Shown here: positions 20,165 to 30,147 of the stretch, piece by piece | Numbering within the stretch: position 1 is the stretch's first letter | Layout of the letters: every line of letters starts with the position of its first letter | Source of the DNA: Trueperaceae bacterium | GTDB lineage: Bacteria > Deinococcota > Deinococci > Deinococcales > Trueperaceae | DNA length: 64,000 bases | Assembly (NCBI GenBank): GCA_965213925.1 | Contig: OZ243927.1 | Location: forward strand, 1,856,001 to 1,920,000 | Direction of reading: 5' to 3' | Notes under the pieces: generated by a model | The model's input: the letters and a program-made list of their open reading frames with translations, nothing else | Databases searched by the model: none | Told to the model about the DNA's origin: nothing | Program-made: the position numbers and the translations under genes

Positions 20165-23062
20165 TTAGAACGTCAGGGCGTATTCGATGGTGAAGGCTTG
20201 ACCGTTGTTCGTGTCTTCGCCACGCTCGTTCCGGTAGAGTCCGTAACCGAACTCTAAGCCGTAGTAGGTCCATTCGACTTCGACACCTGACGTGGTCTGC
20301 GTGAGTCCGTTGTTCTCATCACCGTCCGAGATATCAGTGGCGAAGTCGTCTTCGCTGTCGCCGCTGTTCGTCTCGTCTTGGATGTTTTCGCCTTGGTAGT
20401 AACCGTAGCGAACGCCCAACACGCTGTTCTCGAAGAAGAACTCGTTGAGGCTGACGCCGACGCTGAACTGGAGTTCGGTCGCGGTGTAGTCGGCAGCCGC
20501 TGTGTCTGGTTCGTCGTCGCCATCAGTGTCAGTACCGACGTCGGTATGGTCGGTGGTGCGGTAGTTGACGTTTGCCGCAAGGCTCGGGGCTAAGAAGACG
20601 TTAAGCTGCTCAGACTCCAGACCCGTGCCCACTTGGGTGGTGACCTCATCGTCGGAAAACTCTTCCTCGCTGAAGTCGCTGTCGTAGTCGAAGTAGGGGT
20701 TAAGGGTGAAGCCGAAAGCGGAAACCTCGCCGTCCGCTTCAGCGCGTATCGCGCCCTCTTCGATGCTGTCTTCGCTAAAGTCGTAGACGATCTCGAAGTC
20801 GAAGCCGGAAACAAGCGCATCTTCCGAGTCGCCGTCATGCTGAATACCGATGCCGAAGCCGGTGAAGTAACCAGCGTCGTCGCGCTCGGTGCTGTCCACC
20901 GCCTCGACAGCTTCGCCGTCCAAAGTTACTTGGTTAAAGAAGGCGAAGGGTCCGACAGCGCGGAAAATGTCTACGCCCGCCTCTACGCCGAAAGCGAAGA
21001 CTTCATCACCTGTTACTGTCGTGACGCCTCCGTCTGCGTTCTCTAACGGCTCGGTCTCTTCGCCCTCTATCGTGTAGTAGTCAGCAAACACCTCGAGGTT
21101 GAAGATGAACAGTCCGAGGCTCGCTTCCGCGCCGAAACCTGTTTGGTTGAGACCGTACGTGTAGGTGTCTTCGTCGTACTTGAGGCCGTACCAGAATTCC
21201 GGGATGGTGCGGTAGTTGGCCGAGAGGCTTTCTAAGAGCGGGAGGCTCTCAGTGTCCACCTCGACTTGCGCGTAGAAGAGCGAGCTGTCGTCGACCGTTC
21301 CCGCTGCGAGCGCGACGGGGCGGCTTTCCGTATCGTCCGCGTCGATTACGCCGTCATCGTTGACGTCTTCGTCGATCTGGACGTCTTCTTCATTGTCCTC
21401 GTCTTGGAAGATGACGTTGTCGTCAATCTGGTTAGCAGCGAACTCCGCCGTGATGGTGAAGATGCTCAGATTAACTTCGCCGTCTAAGCCGTAGACGAAA
21501 ATGTCAGCGTTGTCGCCCGACTCGTCCTGGAACTCGTCCGCGTTGCCTGCAATTTGCGCGACTGAGAACCCGCCCGAGACACCCTCGAAGGGGCTCAGCG
21601 TGCCGCGGATGGCGCGGTAGTAGGCGTCGGAGAAGGGGTTAGGCGTGCCGTCAGCGAAGAGGTCGTCGTCAGCCAACTCGACGGTGTCGTCGTCGTCGTC
21701 GCCGCCCTCTTCGAATACGCCGTAAGCGAGGGTCAGTTCAGGCTGCAAGAAGGCGAGCACGTCGGGCGTGCCGAGCCTTGCAACGAAACCGGCACCTAAG
21801 CTTTCAAAGACGTAGGGCGTGAAGTTCGCGTCGGGCTCTTGACCGAAGGTGAAGGTCAGCGGCTCCGCGCCGATGGGCGAGAAGGTCGTCTCGAAATCGT
21901 CGAAGCTGAAGACGTAGCCGTTAAAGTAGGCGTCGTCGTCGGCGTAGTTGGGAAGGCTATCTTCGTCGTCGTCGGCGTTGCCGTTCGGGTCAACGTCGCC
22001 GTCAAGGATGGTCGCCTCTTCGAGCGACAGGGTTGCAGACGCCTCGAAGCTGTTGAACGCACCCGCGATGCCACGCTCGCTCGAGAAACCGAAGGTGATC
22101 TCGATATCAGGCTCGACCTCGCCCTTCTCGTTCTCGATGTCGTCGAGGTCTTGGGCTTCTTCGCCGTCGTCACCCTCGTCGCCGTCGTCGTTGAAGTCTT
22201 CGGTACCGGATGAGAAGATGGAGGCCGTAACCTCGCGCTCTAGGCCGATGCCGAAGATACGGTCAACGTCGAAAGCGACGTCGTCAGGTCCTATGCGGCC
22301 TACTGCGTAGCTTAGACCGAAGCTGCCGTTAAAGGTGATGGACTGATCTTCCAAGGTCGAAACGCGCTCTTCGAGCCCACTAAGGCGCTCGTTTTGCTGC
22401 GCGTCATTCTCTTCGATCGCGGCGATTTGGTCGCGCAAAGCCACCTGGTCGCGGCGCAAGAGGATGACGAATTCGCGGATGTTGGCGATGTCCGCCGTGT
22501 TGCGCTCGATGTCCTCTAGGAAGCTCGGGTCGATGTCTCCGCCTGCCTGTAAGCCCACGATCTCCTCATTGAGAAGCGCAACGAGGTCGTTTAGGGCGTC
22601 GATGGAGCGGGTGTTTTGTTCGATGCTGGACTCTAACTGGCGCAGTTCGTCGAGCTGGTTCTGGAGGTCTTGGAGCGCCTCCGGGTCCATACCCATGCCG
22701 CTACTCACCGCCGCTTCTAAAGCCGCGATGTCAGAAGCAATCTCTTGCACCGAGTTGCGAAGAGAACCGAGTTCGTCTTCGGTGACGAATTGTGACTCGA
22801 GCACGTCGATTAAGCGGGTGACGACGAGCGCCGCTTGGTAGCGGGTGAACGCCTCGTTGCCGCGGAAGGTCCCGTCTGGGAACCCGATGACGATGCCTAA
22901 GTCGGCGAGTTCGGCGACGGCGTCAGCAGCGTAGGAGCCTTCCGGTACGTCCGGGAAGGACGTCTGCGAGCTACTATCGCTGTCATCGTCGTCGTTGTCT
23001 TGCGCGTAAGCGCCGCCAACCATCAGTAGAATGGCTAGCATGGTGAAAAGAAGTTTGTTCAT
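20165..23062 (-). CDS. slpA: SlpA-type S-layer/outer-membrane protein: signal peptide, SLH domain, coiled coil, acidic beta-barrel
   Basis: FPDVP...GIVIGFPDGTFRG...TRYQAA SLH motif, heptad region, C-terminal aromatic ...YALTF. Confidence 0.88.
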   Translation of the reverse strand: MNKLLFTMLAILLMVGGAYAQDNDDDDSDSSSQTSFPDVPEGSYAADAVAELADLGIVIGFPDGTFRGNEAFTRYQAALVVTRLIDVLESQFVTEDELGSLRNSVQEIASDIAALEAAVSSGMGMDPEALQDLQNQLDELRQLESSIEQNTRSIDALNDLVALLNEEIVGLQAGGDIDPSFLEDIERNTADIANIREFVILLRRDQVALRDQIAAIEENDAQQNERLSGLEERVSTLEDQSITFNGSFGLSYAVGRIGPDDVAFDVDRIFGIGLEREVTASIFSSGTEDFNDDGDEGDDGEEAQDLDDIENEKGEVEPDIEITFGFSSERGIAGAFNSFEASATLSLEEATILDGDVDPNGNADDDEDSLPNYADDDAYFNGYVFSFDDFETTFSPIGAEPLTFTFGQEPDANFTPYVFESLGAGFVARLGTPDVLAFLQPELTLAYGVFEEGGDDDDDTVELADDDLFADGTPNPFSDAYYRAIRGTLSPFEGVSGGFSVAQIAGNADEFQDESGDNADIFVYGLDGEVNLSIFTITAEFAANQIDDNVIFQDEDNEEDVQIDEDVNDDGVIDADDTESRPVALAAGTVDDSSLFYAQVEVDTESLPLLESLSANYRTIPEFWYGLKYDEDTYTYGLNQTGFGAEASLGLFIFNLEVFADYYTIEGEETEPLENADGGVTTVTGDEVFAFGVEAGVDIFRAVGPFAFFNQVTLDGEAVEAVDSTERDDAGYFTGFGIGIQHDGDSEDALVSGFDFEIVYDFSEDSIEEGAIRAEADGEVSAFGFTLNPYFDYDSDFSEEEFSDDEVTTQVGTGLESEQLNVFLAPSLAANVNYRTTDHTDVGTDTDGDDEPDTAAADYTATELQFSVGVSLNEFFFENSVLGVRYGYYQGENIQDETNSGDSEDDFATDISDGDENNGLTQTTSGVEVEWTYYGLEFGYGLYRNERGEDTNNGQAFTIEYALTF

Positions 23063-23782
23063 CTATTTACCCCTTGAACTTTCGTGAATTGATCTGCGCA
23101 GTAAGAGGTGATTTTTTGGCGCTGACGTGTGAGTGTCCGAGTTTCCTCACCTAATCTTTGCCGTATTCGGGTCTCTCACTGGGATACTGCGCCCTAAGAA
23201 GCCGGTTCAAGTGGTACACCTCCTCTCAGGTGCGACCGCTCAGCGACACAAATCCGTTGTAAGTATTTCATAGGCATATACATCTGTCAAACCCCTATGA
23301 AACGAAGGTGAGAGCGCATTTTTGCCCGCCATCACGGGGAAGAACACGTGTGCGACGGAGCGTAACTCTTTAACCTCTTCATGAAGGCGGGCGAGGTTGT
23401 GAGAAAACCCTCATCGGTTGATGAACCCGCTCTCACACGAACGTTTGCGACGCACACGGCACAGCTGCAATTTGCTACTTTTATTCTCATAAGTGTTGAG
23501 TGTTCAATCGGTACTATAAGTGCGATGTGTAAAATGAGTACAAAATACAATCTGGTGGAACTCGAGCCCCATACCGCTCACATCACCTAGTCCTAATTTG
23601 GAAAAAGTACAATAGGTACAACGCGATCTCGATTTTCGGAAAAAGACGCTCAGGTGACGCCGCTCAGTCCCTATTGCTCCTTGAAGTAAGAGCGTAGAGC
23701 CTCACGAGCAGCTTGAGCAATATCGCTTTGGCAACGCCCAAGCTTGGAAGGTGCAGACGACCGCTTTACTGAGACCTCTAAA

Positions 23783-24331
23783 TTAAACGCCCTCAAAGAG
23801 TGCCTGGACCTTTACGGAGGTTTCTAAACAAGCGACCTCGAACCCGTCCCCGAGTGCATACGTGCGCCACCCCTGCGGCGTGCGCTTCACGTATTCGGCA
23901 GCGTTCGATTGAGGGTCAACCATGAGGTAACCCTGTAACGTCTCAATCGTCCGGTACGCCTGCAATTTTTCGCGCCTGTCCGTCGCCTCGGTACTCGGCG
24001 AAAGGACCTCCGCAATGAAGCAAGGGAATTGAAAGATTTTATCGTCCGTATCACGTGGGTCGCAGAGCACCATCACATCGGGGTAGTAGTAACGGTTCAG
24101 GCTAGGAATCCAGAGCTTGACGCCTTCGAAAGCGATGCGGCACCCTCTTCTGTCGGCGTGCGACAGCAGTGTTGCGTAGAGCCTTCCAGCGATCTGATTG
24201 TGCCTTATCGTTTCACCGGGTAGGGTGTAAACTACGCCGTCCACATACTCGTGACGCTCCGCGGAGGTTTCTTCAAATGCTAAGTACGCTTGCGGCGACA
24301 CCAGTTGGAGAGGCTCAGCAGAGTGAGACAT
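23783..24331 (-). CDS. Uma2 (DUF820) family putative endonuclease
   Basis: RHEYVDG, YYYPDV and AEVLSPST..DRREK; leaderless start after TATAAT. Confidence 0.92.
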   Translation of the reverse strand: MSHSAEPLQLVSPQAYLAFEETSAERHEYVDGVVYTLPGETIRHNQIAGRLYATLLSHADRRGCRIAFEGVKLWIPSLNRYYYPDVMVLCDPRDTDDKIFQFPCFIAEVLSPSTEATDRREKLQAYRTIETLQGYLMVDPQSNAAEYVKRTPQGWRTYALGDGFEVACLETSVKVQALFEGV

Positions 24332-24397
24332 AGGTTTATTATAGCGGAGGGTGAGGTTACACAGGTCAGACGACACCAAGCTAGAGAGGATGACGCC

Positions 24398-24628
24398 ATG
24401 CTTAAAATGATCTTACATTCGAGACATAGAGGTCACTCAGCGGAAAATGAAACGCTCGGAGACGTAGAACTTACTCGCGTGCCGTGTGTCGGGGAGTTTG
24501 TGAGCTTAGGCAAGGACGGTCCCTACTACCGCATCCGAGGGGTTCAGCACCTCACCGATGACGGAGACTACGCGGCGCATCTCTACGGCGATAAAGTGAA
24601 TGAGAAAACGATGCTCGAGAGCGTGTGA
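24398..24628 (+). CDS. Small hypothetical protein
   Basis: GAGGA SD before ATG 24398; RVPCVGEFV motif. Confidence 0.65.
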   Translation: MLKMILHSRHRGHSAENETLGDVELTRVPCVGEFVSLGKDGPYYRIRGVQHLTDDGDYAAHLYGDKVNEKTMLESV

Positions 24629-24736
24629 ATCATTAGAGTACCGACCCGTCGCCGCCCGACTCGTCCCGGCTCGTGAGCAGGGCACGCCTGGTTCGTCACA
24701 TAGTCCTCTTTCATCTAAACCCGTTATGATAGGGGT

Positions 24737-25105
24737 ATGAAAAGAACACTTTGCGTCTTAGTTACCCTATCTCTCCTCGCAGCTTGTGCGCCGAGCACGC
24801 AAGGAACGTCTACGAACCCGGAAGCTGACGCGGTGCTCTCAAGCCCCGCCGCCCGAGAGACGGAGCGTGTCGCCACCGCCGCTTACCACCGCATGGAGCT
24901 GGTGAAACTCGAAGAGGGCGTTTACACCGCGAACGTGCTGATCAACCTGGAGGTGCCTCAGGGCGTGCGCTGGATATTGGCAGAGCCGACCACGGACACC
25001 TCCTATATGCTCCGCTTCACCTCCACGAACGTGCCGGGTGTAGCTTGGATCGTCACGCCCGAAGGGGTGGAGCCGCGCCGGGTGGAAGAGGGTGCGCCGT
25101 CCTAA
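24737..25105 (+). CDS. Hypothetical lipoprotein
   Basis: Lipobox LLAAC; TATGAT -10 six nt before the ATG. Confidence 0.8.
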   Translation: MKRTLCVLVTLSLLAACAPSTQGTSTNPEADAVLSSPAARETERVATAAYHRMELVKLEEGVYTANVLINLEVPQGVRWILAEPTTDTSYMLRFTSTNVPGVAWIVTPEGVEPRRVEEGAPS

Positions 25106-25195
25106 ATCCAGGCGTCGCTGAAGTTTCACTCTGGCAGCCCCAAAGCTCGTGTTAGCGTAAGGCGAAAATCTCACTAGCCCTAGGAGACCCCACTG

Positions 25196-27082
25196 ATGAC
25201 GCGCTTTCTGCTAACCTGTGCTCTACTCACCCTCGCCTTCTCTCACGCCTCCGCCCAACCTCTTGCCGGGCTCGCCCCTGCCGAAACGGTGCTGACGCTC
25301 GGCTACAAAGTTTCGGGCTCCGACGCGCAGCAAAACGCGCTGCGAGAAGACTTAGCCGCGCTCGAGTGGGGGCAAGCGGGTGAGACCTTGCAGCAGCTCG
25401 CCACGTACTTAGAAAATAGCGACCTTTCGAGTGATTTCCGGGACCTAGGCGACCTCTTAAATGAGTTCTCAGGTGGCGCGGATGTTCAGGAAGAGGGGCG
25501 GGCGATGTTGGAGGGAGTCTGTCCTGAACTCCTGGAGGAACGCTTTAGTGAGAACGAAATGGAAGATGTCGCCTTTGGCGCGCTCTTCAGTGTCAGCGTG
25601 AGTCCTTTTAATCCTGTACCCGCTGTAACTGCGCTCGCGAGAATAGAGGACGACGAGGTGGCGGAGCTTTACGCCGAGGTGCAAGAGGTCATCCTCACCT
25701 GTGCGGAGCGCGAGGTGGAGGTGGTGCGGCTCGAGCAGGGCGACGTGCCGCTCTACGTCATCGGCGACGGCGGCGACTTTCCGGTCATCATTGGACGCTC
25801 GGAGAACCTCTTTTTCGCGGGCAGCAACCCCGAAGTGCTGCGCGGCGTGGTGCGGCGGGCGCAAGGAGATGACGAGGCGAACTTTGCGGGCGGCAGGCTC
25901 TACCGCGAAACGAGCGACCTCTTGGAGGCGGACGGCGTGAGTTTCAGCCTTAACTTAGCGGGGCTCGCGCAGATCGCCGAGAACTTCGGCGGGCTGTTCG
26001 TGGACGGTCCTGAGATGGAGGCGGCGTTCGGGCGCGGCTTGGCGATTTTGCGCACGTTAGAGGGCTACGCGGGGTCGGTTCGCGCGACCTCAGAGGGGCT
26101 CTCCGCCGAGTCGCTCACCCTCGTCAACGCTGAAGGGGGCGACGCCGAACTCGCCGACCTCTTACTGTGCGACACCTGCTCGGTCTCCTCGCCCTTTTTG
26201 GCACTCGAAACGAGCGTGGCGGTGAACGCGCAGTACGTGGCGCTAGAGCCGGTGTTCAACTACCTTCAGGGCGTCTTAAACGATTTGGAACCGCTCGTGG
26301 GCGATTTGGACGTTAAGGCAATCCTGCGCGAAGAACTCGGCTTCGACTTGGACACTGCGCTTTTCGACTGGCTCGGCAACGAGTTCTACGCGCTGAACTT
26401 AGAGCCCTTCAGCCCGGACTTAGGCACGCTCTTCTACGGTCAAGCGAGCGCTTTCTACGTACCCGTCACGAGCCGTGAAGCGGCGGAGGCGGGGCTAGCG
26501 GAACTGAGTGAGGGGTTAGCGTTGGCGCTCGAGGCGTCTGACGATATGAACATGGATGACGTCTCCTCGCAGCTTTTTTCGGATGTCGCGACCGAAACCC
26601 TTTCTTACGAGGGCACAGAAATTACACGCTACCGCTCGGGCTTCAATACAGATATAGGCGTGGCTTTCTTAGGAAACTATCTCGTCGTTAGCACGCCTGC
26701 CGAGGCGATGGAAGACCTTATCGACACCTTTGGCGGCGACGCGCCCAACATCTTTACGAACCGCAGCTTTCAGAGTGCACTTTCAGACCGCCCCGAAGAG
26801 GTCATCGCGTTAAGTTACAGCGAGTACGGCGAGCAGCTCATGGGCTTGGCTAATCTCGCCGGGCTCTTTAGCCAACCGCTCGCGTTCGCGGCGAACTTGG
26901 CGCTCAGCGAAACCGAAAGCTCCAGCGCTCAAAAGCCGAGTTACACTGAGCTTTTGGCGCTTACGGACCTCTTGCCTGATGCGTTAGACATTATCGCGGA
27001 GCGCCTAGGCGTCTCGAGCGGCTACGCTGAGGTGCGCGAGGGCGCGATTTACCGGCGCGGCACGCTGCAGATCGACTGGTAG
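25196..27082 (+). CDS. Secreted acidic hypothetical protein (possibly DUF3352-like)
   Basis: 628 aa with signal peptide and AGGAG SD. Confidence 0.75.
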   Translation: MTRFLLTCALLTLAFSHASAQPLAGLAPAETVLTLGYKVSGSDAQQNALREDLAALEWGQAGETLQQLATYLENSDLSSDFRDLGDLLNEFSGGADVQEEGRAMLEGVCPELLEERFSENEMEDVAFGALFSVSVSPFNPVPAVTALARIEDDEVAELYAEVQEVILTCAEREVEVVRLEQGDVPLYVIGDGGDFPVIIGRSENLFFAGSNPEVLRGVVRRAQGDDEANFAGGRLYRETSDLLEADGVSFSLNLAGLAQIAENFGGLFVDGPEMEAAFGRGLAILRTLEGYAGSVRATSEGLSAESLTLVNAEGGDAELADLLLCDTCSVSSPFLALETSVAVNAQYVALEPVFNYLQGVLNDLEPLVGDLDVKAILREELGFDLDTALFDWLGNEFYALNLEPFSPDLGTLFYGQASAFYVPVTSREAAEAGLAELSEGLALALEASDDMNMDDVSSQLFSDVATETLSYEGTEITRYRSGFNTDIGVAFLGNYLVVSTPAEAMEDLIDTFGGDAPNIFTNRSFQSALSDRPEEVIALSYSEYGEQLMGLANLAGLFSQPLAFAANLALSETESSSAQKPSYTELLALTDLLPDALDIIAERLGVSSGYAEVREGAIYRRGTLQIDW

Positions 27083-27128
27083 TGCTGAGTTTGGGCTCGA
27101 GCCGCAACTGCTCGAGCCCCTCTTCGAG

Positions 27129-27650
27129 TCACGCACTCCAACTCAGCGACGTGAGCGTCCCGTCCGCCTGATAGTGCGTCACCCCGATGCGCACACGCTC
27201 TTGAGCACCCGGGTCACGCTTCATGTCTTCGACCAAATGAGGTAAAACCAGGTCCGTCGTTTCGATGATGTCTAGCGCTGCAAAATCTGCGGGTTCTTTC
27301 CAGTGGAGCGTGCCTTCGCTGCAGTTTGGCAAGGTGTACCTCTTTAACTCAGCCGTGTAGTAAAGGAGACCCGTAAGCGGTTCGCCCGCGCGGTTGTGAT
27401 AGAGCACGCGGCGCAGCGCGAGGTGAGAGAGGTCATCTTCTGTAAGGCGTGTCTCCTCCTCCAATTCGCGCAGCATCGCGGCGCGGAGGTCGCTCAGTTC
27501 GTCCGGTTCGACCTTTCCGCCCACGCCCGTCCAGCGCCCTGGAGCGATGCGTTTGGTAGGCGCACGCTCGAGGAGTAAAAAGCGCCCCTCAAAGTGCAAA
27601 AAGAGGACGTTGTAAAGGGCGAAGGCGTTCGGCTCTAACGGGGGGGATGC
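27129..27650 (-). CDS. NUDIX hydrolase (start uncertain)
   Basis: GVGGKVE...MLRELEEET Nudix box; frame stays open upstream to the grpB stop. Confidence 0.85.
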   Translation of the reverse strand, partial: ASPPLEPNAFALYNVLFLHFEGRFLLLERAPTKRIAPGRWTGVGGKVEPDELSDLRAAMLRELEEETRLTEDDLSHLALRRVLYHNRAGEPLTGLLYYTAELKRYTLPNCSEGTLHWKEPADFAALDIIETTDLVLPHLVEDMKRDPGAQERVRIGVTHYQADGTLTSLSWSA

Positions 27651-28172
27651 TCAACGGGCTCGAGCCTCTTTCAAGACCTCTTGAATAAATTCGTGCTTAC
27701 CGTCCGTATAGGCTTCGCGGTCTCTCGGATATCTTTTGGCGAGGTCTTCTTTAAGTGTTTGATACGCGGTAACGGTCTCAGGATGGGTTCTCAAATAATC
27801 ACGGAAGAGCAAATGGGTTGTCCATTCTTCGTTGACCTCTTCAAACATATGAATATGATGCGTTCTATTATCCGCTGGACCTTTGACGAAGTAGTGGCGG
27901 CGCGGGATGCCGTTCTCACCTCTATAGGTGTAGCCGAGTGATTCGATAGGGGAGACGAGCGCGAACGCTTCCTCGAAGTTCTTTACCGCAACCCCGATAT
28001 CGAGAATAGGTTTGGCTTTGAGATTTGGAACGGCGGTGCTGCCGATATGCTGAATGTCTAAAACGCCCTCGCTGATAACTGCTTCCAACCGCTTCTTTTC
28101 TTCTTTGAACAGCTTTACCCATGCGGTTTGATAGGGGCTGAGTCTGACTTTGTCACGCTCTAAACCAAGCAC
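27651..28172 (-). CDS. GrpB family nucleotidyltransferase-fold protein
   Basis: HIGSTAVP..AKPILDI, HLLFRDYLR and YTDGK motifs. Confidence 0.92.
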   Translation of the reverse strand: MLGLERDKVRLSPYQTAWVKLFKEEKKRLEAVISEGVLDIQHIGSTAVPNLKAKPILDIGVAVKNFEEAFALVSPIESLGYTYRGENGIPRRHYFVKGPADNRTHHIHMFEEVNEEWTTHLLFRDYLRTHPETVTAYQTLKEDLAKRYPRDREAYTDGKHEFIQEVLKEARAR

Positions 28173-28175
28173 CCT

Positions 28176-28463
28176 TTACTTCCGTTTCTTATACGCAGAA
28201 TCGTGATCAGGGTGGAGCGAGAGAAACCGGAGCACGTCCCCCTCGCGCTTGACGACAGCGCGACACTTTTGCGTTACCCGAATTGTATAGGCGTTAGCTT
28301 CTACCGATTTGATGCTCTCCCAACGCAACCCTTTGTCGCGGTAGACCTGCTGCCAAGAGAGTTGTTTGAGCTTGCGGAGCGTCTTAAAAAAGGCGAGAAG
28401 TTCTTCTTTCTCGAGCCTCACAAGCTCCGTTTGAAACGTTGCGCTGTTGAGGTCGAAATCCAC
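28176..28463 (-). CDS. RelE/ParE-like toxin
   Basis: 95 aa basic protein with GLRWE..YTIRVT..RAV..LHPDHDSAY, downstream of a small antitoxin. Confidence 0.65.
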   Translation of the reverse strand: MDFDLNSATFQTELVRLEKEELLAFFKTLRKLKQLSWQQVYRDKGLRWESIKSVEANAYTIRVTQKCRAVVKREGDVLRFLSLHPDHDSAYKKRK

Positions 28464-28750
28464 TAATCGTCTAAACGTTCGCCGTGCTCAGCTTCCCACT
28501 GCTCACGCATATCTTTTTCAAAATCCTCCAAGTTCGTGACCTTCGCAGGCGTTTCGCTTACCCACGCCAATCCTACTGCCACCTTGCTCTTAGCGGGTTC
28601 TTCGTGCAGCCACATCTCATTATCCGGGATAACTTGAGCGGTGCGGATGACCCAGACACCCTCTTCGGGATTGTCCACCACAACGGTGCGCCCCGCGTAC
28701 TCTTTCCCTAAAGAGATTTGCCCACTCGTTCCAACGATTTTGACGTTCAT
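28463..28750 (-). CDS. AbrB/MazE-like antitoxin
   Basis: VKIVGTSGQISLGKEYAG swapped-hairpin-like N-terminus; adjacent to the toxin. Confidence 0.65.
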   Translation of the reverse strand: MNVKIVGTSGQISLGKEYAGRTVVVDNPEEGVWVIRTAQVIPDNEMWLHEEPAKSKVAVGLAWVSETPAKVTNLEDFEKDMREQWEAEHGERLDD

Positions 28751-28839
28751 GCTGCATGGTAGCACGAAATTACGGTATAGCCCGAGGCGGATGTCATGCT
28801 CGAGACCAAGCACTGCACCCCTCCGCATAATAGTGACGC

Positions 28840-29826
28840 ATGGACACTTCAATGCAGTACGTCAATTTAGGCAATACGGGGCTCAAAGTCTCGCGCATCT
28901 GCTTGGGCATGATGAGCTACGGCACACCCGAGTGGCGCGAGTGGGTCTTGGACGAGGAGGCGAGCCGCCCCTTTGTGCAGCGGGCGGTGGAACTCGGCAT
29001 CAACTTTTTCGACACGGCGGATATGTACTCCAAAGGCGTGAGCGAAGAGGTCACGGGCAAGCTCCTTAAAGAGTTCACGCGCCGCGATGAAGTCATCATT
29101 GCCACCAAAGTCTACATGCCGATGAGCGACGCGCCCAACCGGGGCGGGCTGTCGCGCAAGCACATCTTTGACGGGGTGGAGGACTCGCTCCGCAGGCTCG
29201 GCACGGGCTATATCGACCTCTACCAGATTCACCGCTTCGACTACGACACGCCTATCGAGGAGACCTTAGAAGCCCTCCATGACGTCGTAAAAGCGGGGTA
29301 CGTGCGCTATTTGGGCGCGAGCAGCATGTTCGCGTACCAGTTCGCGAAGGCGCTTTATAAGGCGGATTTAGGGGGGCTAACGCGCTTCGTTTCGATGCAG
29401 AACCACTACAACTTGCTCTACCGCGAAGAGGAGCGCGAGATGCTTAAACTCTGCTCCGAAGAGGGCGTCGGCGTGATTCCTTGGAGCCCCTTGGCGAGAG
29501 GCTATCTGACGCGGAGACCGGAGGAGAGGACGGCGACCTCGAGGGGCGAGAGCGACGATATCGCGGAGCGACTTTACGCGCCCGAAGGCAGCGACGATAT
29601 TGTGAACCGGGTGGTCGATCTTGCTGAAAAGCGAGCCTCGAGCCCGGCGCAGATCGCGCTCGCCTGGCTTTTACACCAGCGCGCCGTGAGCGCACCTATC
29701 GTCGGCGCAACCAAGATGAAGCATTTAGAGGACGCGGTGGGGGCGGTGGGCTTGACGCTGAGCGAGGAAGAGCTGAAACGTTTAGAAGAGCCTTACGTGC
29801 CGCGTCCGGTTGTCGGGCATAGTTGA
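28840..29826 (+). CDS. Aldo/keto reductase
   Basis: FFDTADMY, IDLYQIH and PWSPLARG motifs. Confidence 0.95.
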   Translation: MDTSMQYVNLGNTGLKVSRICLGMMSYGTPEWREWVLDEEASRPFVQRAVELGINFFDTADMYSKGVSEEVTGKLLKEFTRRDEVIIATKVYMPMSDAPNRGGLSRKHIFDGVEDSLRRLGTGYIDLYQIHRFDYDTPIEETLEALHDVVKAGYVRYLGASSMFAYQFAKALYKADLGGLTRFVSMQNHYNLLYREEEREMLKLCSEEGVGVIPWSPLARGYLTRRPEERTATSRGESDDIAERLYAPEGSDDIVNRVVDLAEKRASSPAQIALAWLLHQRAVSAPIVGATKMKHLEDAVGAVGLTLSEEELKRLEEPYVPRPVVGHS

Positions 29827-29874
29827 GCGTGTGCCGCGTCCGAAATCGAATAACGATTTCATATAATGTCGCTT

Positions 29875-30087
29875 AGTACTCTGTTAAGTAAATTCTGCGA
29901 CGTTGTTGTCACCCTGAGCCGAAGGCGTGAGGGTCTCGTTTGGCTATGCCAAAACTTCGTAACTCGCAATCTCTGTCAGAGGAGTCAGCAAGGTGAGAGG
30001 TTCTTACGCTCCACTGCGTGGAGTCTATCCTATAGCTCGCTGTAGGGCTCAGAATGACATGCCTTATTTTTAACTTAACACTGTACT
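29875..30087 (+). repeat. REP/MITE-like element, family B copy 2
   Basis: AGTACTCTGTTAAGT...ACTTAACACTGTACT outer IR; TGTCACCCTGAG...CTCAGAATGACA core. Confidence 0.9.
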
Positions 30088-30147
30088 TAGTAGCAGCGGC
30101 GACCTCATCATCGCTTGACGAGGTCGCCGCGCACCCTTTAACCGCGC

